NCBI GenBank assembly: GCA_037443035.1
Contig: JBBIPC010000005.1
Span: 32,001-96,000 of the forward strand
Direction of reading: 5' to 3'
Origin: Chthonomonadales bacterium
Lineage (GTDB): Bacteria > Armatimonadota > Chthonomonadetes > Chthonomonadales > CAJBBX01
Length of the DNA stretch: 64,000 bases
In this document: positions 48,744 to 56,136 of the stretch, in pieces
Numbering within the stretch: position 1 is the first letter of the stretch
Layout of the letters: each line of letters opens with the position of its first letter
The notes under the pieces: model-generated
Databases searched by the model: none
What the model saw: the letters and a program-made list of their open reading frames with translations, nothing else
Told to the model about the DNA's origin: nothing
Position numbers and translations under genes: made by a program

Positions 48744-49091
48744 GTGCAAGGACTATGGAAGCCTGCCATCAGCGTCGTCGTCCTGGTTCTCGGTGCGACA
48801 GCACTCGCCATGCCTGCGTACAAGGCGGTGTTGCACTCCACCTACAAAGTGAAACCGGGCAGCGTCATCGCCAAGGCCGACTGCGCACTCTGCCACGCGA
48901 CGAAGTCCAACTTCAAGAAGCTGAACGTGTTTGGCGCCGACCTTGACAAGGCGCTCAAAGTGGCGAAGTCGAAGGCAATGACCGCGGAGATCCTCAAGAA
49001 AGTCGAGACACTTGACTCCGACAAGGACGGGGTGAAAAACGTGGATGAAATACAGAAGGACACCCTGCCGGGAGATCCGAAGAGCAAGTAG
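48744..49091 (+). CDS. Small exported monoheme c-type cytochrome
   Basis: GGAGGT RBS, signal peptide, CALCH, LNVFGAD, acidic DSDKDGVKNVDEI Ca-binding-like motif. Confidence 0.8.
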   Translation: MQGLWKPAISVVVLVLGATALAMPAYKAVLHSTYKVKPGSVIAKADCALCHATKSNFKKLNVFGADLDKALKVAKSKAMTAEILKKVETLDSDKDGVKNVDEIQKDTLPGDPKSK

Positions 49092-49203
49092 CGAGCGGTA
49101 GCGGATGCCGTGCGAACCCTGACTACCTCGGCTTCCGCCGCCTACAGGCTGGAAGACCCAACACCCATGCGCTCGTTGCACGAGCGCAAGAAAGGACAAG
49201 AGC

Positions 49204-50406
49204 ATGCGGAGAACGCATAAGGCAATCGTCGCAGTCGCCATTCTGTGTGGCTTCGTGGCCGCCGCGTCCAGCGCCTTGGCAGTACCCGCTTTCGGGCGCA
49301 AGACCGGCCTAGACTGCACTTCGTGCCACTTCGGTGGTTCGAATCGACTCACGAGAATGGGCCTGGATTTCCTCGTTCGCGGACATCGTATGAAGGATGA
49401 TCAGGGCATTGCCAAGGGTGACAAGAGCCTGAACGTTCTGGACTACATGTCGTTCTCGTCCAAGGTTCGCTACACCGCGAACAACTCGTCACCGTACACG
49501 GCTTTCGACGTGGAGTCCTTCTCTATCTACACGGGCGGACCTCTTTCCGGGGGTTTCAGCTACTTCGTGGAGTACTACCTCCATGAGCGGGGCAAGGCGG
49601 CGTCCTCGACTGGTGGTCAGGTGGACACAGCTACGAGGTCGAAGCTTGCGGACGCGTATCTCCAATGGAACAGCGCCCCTCAGGGAGATGCGTATTACTA
49701 CGTTCGAGCGGGCCAGATCTACCCGTACGCCGTCTACGTCAATGGTTCTGGCGGTCGCCTGAGTATCAGTCGCCCGACAGTGATCGATGGTGATCTCGGG
49801 GGTGGCAACTTGTATACACCACGCGACCGTGCCTATGGCCTGTCGGCCGGCTACGCGAACGGTAATGGGTACCGTATGGAAGCAGGGATCGTCAACAGCG
49901 GCGGAACCAACAAGCGCGCCAACCTCGCGGAGCAGAATACTTTCAAGGATCTTTTCCTCACCGTGGAGAAGGACCTGACGTCTGAGCTAACGTTCGGACT
50001 GTACGGCTACAACGGACGCATCAACATCCCGGCGGCGGGAAGCATCCCCCAGTGGGAGGATCGCTTCACTCGGTATGGCGTCTTCAGCCGTTACGAGACC
50101 GAGAGTCTCGCCTTGAGCGCCGCGTACTTCGGAGGCCAGAACCAGGTCTACGGCGGCGGACACAGGAATCCTGACGGGTACTATCTCGAAGCGGGATACA
50201 ACGTCCAGCCAACCTTGACGGGATTCGCACGCTACGACCACGTCTACAACGACCTGGGCGCCTCATCGCGGCGAACGGATGTCACGTTCGGCGTGTCCCA
50301 GAGGCTGACGGATGTGGGGCGACTGGTGCTGCAGTTCAGCACTACGACAGTACCAGGATCACCATACAAGCGACAGTTGCAGGCGGAGCTGAACTGGCTC
50401 TTCTAG
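49204..50406 (+). CDS. Cyc2-like fused monoheme cytochrome / outer-membrane beta-barrel
   Basis: Signal peptide, then AVPAFGRKTGLDCTSCH...LTRMGLDFLVRG, followed by amphipathic beta strands and a terminal Phe (LNWLF). Confidence 0.8.
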   Translation: MRRTHKAIVAVAILCGFVAAASSALAVPAFGRKTGLDCTSCHFGGSNRLTRMGLDFLVRGHRMKDDQGIAKGDKSLNVLDYMSFSSKVRYTANNSSPYTAFDVESFSIYTGGPLSGGFSYFVEYYLHERGKAASSTGGQVDTATRSKLADAYLQWNSAPQGDAYYYVRAGQIYPYAVYVNGSGGRLSISRPTVIDGDLGGGNLYTPRDRAYGLSAGYANGNGYRMEAGIVNSGGTNKRANLAEQNTFKDLFLTVEKDLTSELTFGLYGYNGRINIPAAGSIPQWEDRFTRYGVFSRYETESLALSAAYFGGQNQVYGGGHRNPDGYYLEAGYNVQPTLTGFARYDHVYNDLGASSRRTDVTFGVSQRLTDVGRLVLQFSTTTVPGSPYKRQLQAELNWLF

Positions 50407-50424
50407 GCACCGTACCGTTGTCTC

Positions 50425-50464
50425 GCTGCGGTGCTCCTCCCACGCCTAGGTGGAGCACCGCAGC
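50425..50464. other. Strong intergenic stem-loop
   Basis: GCTGCGGTGCTCC-N14-GGAGCACCGCAGC, perfect 13-bp stem after the porin stop. Confidence 0.7.
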
Positions 50465-50647
50465 CTCATACGCAACAAGGGAAAGCACGATACAACGTCG
50501 CGAGACGATAGCTGCCAACCTCTGTGGCTACGACCTCCGTTGCCAGGCTGGGGACGTCGGATGCTTGGTGACCCGGGCGCGCCACCGAATGGCCCGTAGG
50601 CCCTGGGTACTGGCCACATCCATCGGCCAGCGGACCACGATCTGAGG

Positions 50648-52141
50648 ATGAAGCTCCCACGTTCGTTCTACAACGTCACGACCTTCGTGGGAGCCCTCTT
50701 TGCGTTCCTGTTCCTCCTCGTTACGTTGTTCCTCTTCGCGGTGGAGCTGACCGCTCCGCAGTCCCATCCGTACATGGGGCTCGTCGCGTTCATCGTCCTT
50801 CCGACTCTTTTCGTCCTGAGTCTGCTTGTCGCGCTCTTCGGCATCTTCCGGACGTGGCGCCGGCTCCGAAAGCCGACAGCCACTCCCATCCCGCCGTTCC
50901 ATTTCGATCTCAGTGTCCCGGCCCAACGTAACGCCGCTCTGCTCGTCATGGGAGGATCGGGGTTCTTCCTGCTGTTCGCCTCGTTCACGAGCTACCAAGC
51001 TTACGAGTACACCGATTCCGTCGAGTTCTGCGGAAGAGCCTGTCACGCGGTGATGAAGCCCGAATACACCGCCTACAAGGCTTCTCCCCACGCGAGGGTG
51101 GCCTGCGTGGCATGTCACATCGGCCCTGGAGCGACCTGGTTCGTCAAGTCCAAACTGAGTGGTACGTACCAGGTCTACTCCACACTCTTCCACAAGTACC
51201 ACAAGCCCATCGAGACACCCATCGCCAACCTGCGTCCTGCTCGAGAGACCTGCGAGCAGTGCCACTGGCCCCAGCATTTCTACTCGGCCAAACTTCGCAC
51301 GCAGGCCTACTTCCTGTCCGACGAGAAGAACACGCGCTCCAGCACGACGCTGCTGATGAAGATCGGCGGGGGTGATGTCAATCACGGAGCGGCGGCTGGC
51401 ATCCATTTCCACATGTACCTGAACGCCACCATCTCCTACGTAGCCCTGGACAAGAAGCGTCTGGTGATCCCCTACGTGGAGGTCCGGTACCCTGACGGTA
51501 CTTTCAGATCGTATCGAAGCACAGAGAATCCCGTACCTGAAGACAAGCTGCGTAAGTCACCTCGCTACGTCGTAGACTGCATCGAGTGTCACAATCGACC
51601 GACCCACCGGTTCCGCCATCCGGCGCAGACCGTGAACCTGGCCATGTCTTTGAACAAGATCAAGCCGGACCTGCCAGAGATCAAGAAGGTAGCCGTGGAA
51701 GCCCTGGAACAGCCATACAAGACGGAGCCGGAGGCCCTCCGAGGCATTCGCAAGGCTGTACTGGACGCTTTCCGAGCGAACCATCCGGACGTGGCGGCCT
51801 CGCGTGGTGCCGACATCGAAGCGGCCATCGAGGAGCTGCAACGTATCTACCGCACGAATTACTTTCCGGAGATGAAGGTAAGCTGGAAGGAGTTCCCGGA
51901 TCATATCGGCCATCTGTACTCTCCGGGCTGCTTCCGATGCCATGACGACAAGCATGTCAGCCCGGACGGCAAGGTCTTGTCACGCGCGTGCAATCAGTGC
52001 CACACGATACTGGCACAGACGGACGGCCAGGGCAAGATGTCCGAATCGCTCGAGGGGCTGGCCTTCAAGCACCCAGGCGATGTGGGAGATGCCTGGATGC
52101 AGATGAACTGCACAGACTGCCACGCGCAACCAGCACAATAG
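50648..52141 (+). CDS. NapC/NirT-family heptaheme inner-membrane cytochrome c (ImcH-like)
   Basis: Three N-terminal TM helices; CGRACH (CX3CH), CVACH, CEQCH, CIECH, CFRCH, CNQCH, CTDCH. Confidence 0.88.
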   Translation: MKLPRSFYNVTTFVGALFAFLFLLVTLFLFAVELTAPQSHPYMGLVAFIVLPTLFVLSLLVALFGIFRTWRRLRKPTATPIPPFHFDLSVPAQRNAALLVMGGSGFFLLFASFTSYQAYEYTDSVEFCGRACHAVMKPEYTAYKASPHARVACVACHIGPGATWFVKSKLSGTYQVYSTLFHKYHKPIETPIANLRPARETCEQCHWPQHFYSAKLRTQAYFLSDEKNTRSSTTLLMKIGGGDVNHGAAAGIHFHMYLNATISYVALDKKRLVIPYVEVRYPDGTFRSYRSTENPVPEDKLRKSPRYVVDCIECHNRPTHRFRHPAQTVNLAMSLNKIKPDLPEIKKVAVEALEQPYKTEPEALRGIRKAVLDAFRANHPDVAASRGADIEAAIEELQRIYRTNYFPEMKVSWKEFPDHIGHLYSPGCFRCHDDKHVSPDGKVLSRACNQCHTILAQTDGQGKMSESLEGLAFKHPGDVGDAWMQMNCTDCHAQPAQ

Positions 52142-52276
52142 CCACAGAGCGGGAGATCCAGCTCCCGCCACAAACAGGTGGACTGCGCAGTCGCGAAGCC
52201 GGACGAGGTCCCGGCCGCGACCTTGTAAGGCAATGTCCGCACGTGGATGCGGATTCACCGCGGGAGGTGAACAAGT

Positions 52277-52786
52277 ATGCCTGCACAGTCTACGAGGCCG
52301 CTGGACGACGAGAGGTCTGACGTTTCCGCAGCGGCCACGCAAGCCGGTCGCCGAAGCTTTCTCGAGTGGCTGCTGGCCACCTTGCTAGTCGTGACCGGCG
52401 CTACCTTTGTTCGTCCTGTGCTGTCCTATCTCAGTCCCCGAAAGAGCGGCAAGGGTGCCCACGTTCTGCTCGGTACTGACGGCCGCTCCATTCCGTATGC
52501 ACGGCTAGCCACGGAGCCGACACTCGTCGGCATGGGCGTGGACGGGGAGCCTACGATTGTCGTGAGGTACGCCGGAGAAACAAGGGCATTCTCGGCGGTC
52601 TGCACACATCTGGGCTGCCTCGTCAAGTGGGAGGCGGCCAAGGCCGAGTTCATCTGCCCGTGCCACAACGGCCACTTCGACGCGAACGGTGTCAACGTTG
52701 CCGGGCCACCACCCAAACCGCTGAAACGCTTCAAGGTCTACGCAACGGACAGGGGCGAAATCGGTCTCGAGGAGGTATCGGCATGA
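52277..52786 (+). CDS. Rieske [2Fe-2S] subunit of a cytochrome bc complex
   Basis: Tat motif GRRSFL plus TM helix; CTHLGC and CPCHNGHF; GPPPKPL. Confidence 0.93.
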   Translation: MPAQSTRPLDDERSDVSAAATQAGRRSFLEWLLATLLVVTGATFVRPVLSYLSPRKSGKGAHVLLGTDGRSIPYARLATEPTLVGMGVDGEPTIVVRYAGETRAFSAVCTHLGCLVKWEAAKAEFICPCHNGHFDANGVNVAGPPPKPLKRFKVYATDRGEIGLEEVSA

Positions 52787-53847
52787 AGCGCCTCGTTACC
52801 TCGGTGTGGCGATGGATAGATACACGCCTGAAGCTCAGCGATATCTTGCGGGCTACCCTAACCGAGTACATGGTGCCGGCGAACCTCAACTTCTGGCACA
52901 CACTGGGCTTCGTTCTGGTGACCTGCTTCGTCATCCAGGTGGTCACCGGCATGCTCCTCCTGATGTACTACGTTCCGGACACCAGCCGAGCTTTCGAATC
53001 CGTCCAATACCTCAGCAATGAGGTGCCTTACGGGTGGCTCGTGCGGAACATCCACGCGATGACATCCCACCTGTTCGTGCTGGCGCTATTCCTCCATATC
53101 GCCTCCACCGTCTGGATGCGGGCCTACCGCAATCCGCGGGAGCTCCAGTGGCTTTCGGGGATGATCCTCCTGGGTCTAGTGCTAGCTGCCGGTCTGTCTG
53201 GCTACCTACTGCCGTGGAGCCAGCTCTCGTACTGGGCGACAACCGTGGCGACCAACGCCGCAGGGAGCATTCCTGTCGTTGGTGATGATCTCGTGCTCTG
53301 GATTCGCGGAACGCCGAAGGTGACGCAGTTCACTCTCGGACGATTCTTCGCGGCGCACGTCTCCATCATTCCGTTCAGCATTCTGGTCCTGATCGGCATC
53401 CACCTGCTGTTCCTTCGACTGACAGGTATCTCTGTCCCAGGGGGTGAGGAGAGGGGTCCGGTCCGCAGAGTGCCATTCTTCCCTCACATGGTGGTGAAGG
53501 AGATCGGTTCGGTCTTCGGATTCCTGATCCTTCTGAATGTCCTGATCTTCTACTTCCCGCAGATCAACTTCCCCGCGGACGCCCTCATTCCCGCTAATCC
53601 GCTCGAAACTCCCGCTCATATCAAACCGCACTGGTACTTCCTGGCTAACTACCAGTTCCTGAAGCTCGTGCCCAGCGAGTTTCTCGGTGTTATCCTCCAA
53701 GTCGTTGGAGGGATTATCCTTTTCTTCCTGCCATTCCTCGACACAGGTAAGCGACGGTCCCCGCTCTACAACCGGCTGTTCTACGCGGTGGTCGGTCTCA
53801 GCATCCTCGGTTACATCGGCCTGATGGTCTGGGGCTACTACTCATGA
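52783..53847 (+). CDS. Cytochrome b (b6-like region fused to subunit IV)
   Basis: GGAGGT RBS and ATGA overlap; four heme His (RNIH...LH; AAH...IH), GYLLPW.QLSYW, TPAHIKPHWYF. Confidence 0.93.
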   Translation: MKRLVTSVWRWIDTRLKLSDILRATLTEYMVPANLNFWHTLGFVLVTCFVIQVVTGMLLLMYYVPDTSRAFESVQYLSNEVPYGWLVRNIHAMTSHLFVLALFLHIASTVWMRAYRNPRELQWLSGMILLGLVLAAGLSGYLLPWSQLSYWATTVATNAAGSIPVVGDDLVLWIRGTPKVTQFTLGRFFAAHVSIIPFSILVLIGIHLLFLRLTGISVPGGEERGPVRRVPFFPHMVVKEIGSVFGFLILLNVLIFYFPQINFPADALIPANPLETPAHIKPHWYFLANYQFLKLVPSEFLGVILQVVGGIILFFLPFLDTGKRRSPLYNRLFYAVVGLSILGYIGLMVWGYYS

Positions 53848-54665
53848 GGAGGTACGGGTTGATGATGCGCATTCTCGTTACAGCCCTGGCACTATCGGTG
53901 GTCGGGGGGGCGGCCCGGGGGCAGAACTCGTGTCTCGCCTGCCACCGACAGCAAGAGGGTGATCGTGGCGGTCCAGCCCATGACTGGCCGACAAGCGTGC
54001 ACTTCGTGAACGGGATTGGTTGCCAGGATTGCCACGGCGGCGACGCCCGTTCCGACGACCCTCAGATCGCCATGAACCCCAAGAACGGCTTCGTCGGTCG
54101 GCCAGCTCCAAGGGACGTTCCCAACTTCTGTGGCAAGTGTCACGAAGCTGTTCGCGACAACTACCTGCAGAGCGCTCATGCAGCCATGCTCCAGGCTGAC
54201 CCGGCAGCCGCGCCCAACTGCGTCACGTGCCACACCGCCCATAAACAGCAGAAGGTTACGCTGGACCTCATCAACGAGCGAACGTGCGGCCGGTGTCACG
54301 ATTACGCACGGGCAGCGAGGCTCAAGGAAGCCATGCGCGGTATCGAGAACGATGTGCAAGCGGTGACTGCTCGCGAACGTCACGTGTTCCTCCACGGCAT
54401 CGCCACAGACGACGAACAGAAGGCTATCTTTGCCGTCCGTAATCAGGCACACAGGCTTACCCACGTCCTGGAGATCCAGAGAATCCTCGGTGCATTGGAC
54501 AAGGTACGGCCCGACCTGGATCGCGTAGAGGCGCGGATTTCGGTCAAGGAGAAGGTCCTGGAGGATAGACGGCGAGAAGGGAACGCTCTCCTCGTGCTCT
54601 TCTTCATCGGCATGATCGTCGCCTACGCTACGCACAAGAGGCTCATGCATACCGCCAGCGGTTGA
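53844..54665 (+). CDS. Pentaheme cytochrome c with C-terminal membrane anchor
   Basis: Signal peptide; CLACH, CQDCH, CGKCH, CVTCH, CGRCH; helical stalk and C-terminal TM; ATGA overlap with cytochrome b. Confidence 0.88.
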   Translation: MRRYGLMMRILVTALALSVVGGAARGQNSCLACHRQQEGDRGGPAHDWPTSVHFVNGIGCQDCHGGDARSDDPQIAMNPKNGFVGRPAPRDVPNFCGKCHEAVRDNYLQSAHAAMLQADPAAAPNCVTCHTAHKQQKVTLDLINERTCGRCHDYARAARLKEAMRGIENDVQAVTARERHVFLHGIATDDEQKAIFAVRNQAHRLTHVLEIQRILGALDKVRPDLDRVEARISVKEKVLEDRRREGNALLVLFFIGMIVAYATHKRLMHTASG

Positions 54666-54674
54666 GGCACGAGT

Positions 54675-54701
54675 TGGACTGGGGGCGTACGGATTCGAAC
54701 C
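54675..54701 (-). other. tRNA 3'-end-like fragment (T-loop to acceptor strand)
   Basis: Minus strand reads GGTTCGAATCCGTACGCCCCCAGTCCA; the 5' side of the T-stem and the rest of the tRNA are missing. Confidence 0.45.
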
Positions 54702-54706
54702 AACTC

Positions 54707-54736
54707 TTGACAGGCACTCCTTAGCCGTGCTATATA
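54707..54736 (+). promoter_or_regulatory. Sigma70-type promoter
   Basis: TTGACA-N18-TATATA with TG at the extended -10 position. Confidence 0.5.
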
Positions 54737-54765
54737 TTTGTCACGTTCGTGGCAAGGGGAGTGCG

Positions 54766-55467
54766 GTGCATTCGATACGCGTGACATTGGCGGCAGCCCC
54801 GCTGGTGGCGCTTCTGCTATGGCCGTCGGCCGCCGCGGCCGATGTGCGTCACTTCCCCTACACCTACTCCTGGCACCAGCCGTACCGCAACGAGAAGGAG
54901 ATCGCTTATCACCTGCGGTATCTAGATCGAGACAACACCTTCACCCATCGCTTCGAGTTCGAGTACGGCCTCACAGATCACCTGTCCGTAGCACCCTACG
55001 TCGTCTTCACTGGGAATACCGGCGGCGGCTGGACATACGACGCAACGTTGCTAGAGACACGCTGGAACTTCGGAAGTCGCAAGGACGACGTCTGGTTGCC
55101 CGCAGTCTACATGGAGTGGAAGAAGGCCAGATCCGAGCCCTGGGAAGTGGAGGGCAAAATCATCATCACGCGCTATGGCACAGGCGAATCGGATCTCTCG
55201 CTCAACTACATTGTCGAGCAACTCCTGGAGACGGGAGCCAGTGCGCATCATGCGCTGTCTCTGGCGTACAGCAGAACCATCGGTGGCGGCATGCGGGCGG
55301 GATTCGAGTGGATTCAGGGTCTCACGTCTCGCAGGATCAATGCGGGGCCTGTGTTCTCAAGCTACGTGGGACCAGTGTGGCTCACGGGAGGGCTGGCTCT
55401 GCCGCTGAACGGCGTTTCTGGCAATCGCCCCGAGTTCCGACTCATCGCCTCCCACCACTGGTTCTGA
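54766..55467 (+). CDS. Putative small outer-membrane beta-barrel (DUF6662-like)
   Basis: Signal peptide, RHFPYTY, EFEYGLTDHL, E.KII, terminal HHWF. Confidence 0.65.
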   Translation: MHSIRVTLAAAPLVALLLWPSAAAADVRHFPYTYSWHQPYRNEKEIAYHLRYLDRDNTFTHRFEFEYGLTDHLSVAPYVVFTGNTGGGWTYDATLLETRWNFGSRKDDVWLPAVYMEWKKARSEPWEVEGKIIITRYGTGESDLSLNYIVEQLLETGASAHHALSLAYSRTIGGGMRAGFEWIQGLTSRRINAGPVFSSYVGPVWLTGGLALPLNGVSGNRPEFRLIASHHWF

Positions 55468-55497
55468 GCTGTCGGCAGGCACACGGTCAACGATGCC

Positions 55498-56136
55498 ATG
55501 ACAGCAGTGGCGTCCGCTACAGGAGACGTACGGGCCGCTCGGCGGCTGGCCCTGTTCACCGTCGCCTGGAACCTGACCGAGGCGTTCGTGGCCTTGTTGA
55601 GCGGAATACTGGCTGGCAGCATCGCATTGGTCGGATTTGGCGCCGACTCCATAGTGGAGAGTCTATCCGGTGCGGTGATGCTCTGGCGTTTCGGGGCGAC
55701 CGACCACGACGGCCGTCGAGAGAAGCTGGCCTTACGGTTGGTGGGAGCCACCTTGCTCATCCTCGCTGTGTACGTCGCAGGCGACGCAGCTCAGAGCCTC
55801 GCTCGCCGTGAGCCACCCGAGAAGAGCATCCCTGGCATCATTCTCGCGATGCTATCGCTGGCCGTAATGCCTCTGCTCGCACGTGCCAAGCGAAGAGTGG
55901 CCGGCAGGCTACAGAGCGCCTCGTTACATGCCGACTCGCGGCAGACCGACATCTGCGCCGTGCTATCCGCCATCTTGCTTGTTGGACTGGCCCTAAATGC
56001 CATAGCTGGGTGGTGGTGGGCCGATCCTATGGCTGCGATCGCTATGACGCCGCTCATCGCGCGTGAGGGAGTGAATGCCGTGCGCGGAGAAGCGTGCGGC
56101 TGTGCCGTGCAACATCCTACAGCGAAGTCAGACTGA
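55498..56136 (+). CDS. Cation diffusion facilitator-like metal transporter (TM domain only)
   Basis: WNLTE, SIALVGFGADS, SASLHADS, WWWADP; C-terminal CGC. Confidence 0.85.
   Translation: MTAVASATGDVRAARRLALFTVAWNLTEAFVALLSGILAGSIALVGFGADSIVESLSGAVMLWRFGATDHDGRREKLALRLVGATLLILAVYVAGDAAQSLARREPPEKSIPGIILAMLSLAVMPLLARAKRRVAGRLQSASLHADSRQTDICAVLSAILLVGLALNAIAGWWWADPMAAIAMTPLIAREGVNAVRGEACGCAVQHPTAKSD

Noticed and set aside
54675..54701. Intact tRNA gene
   Set aside because: Only the T-loop and 3' strand are present; no D arm, anticodon arm or matching 5' acceptor strand.
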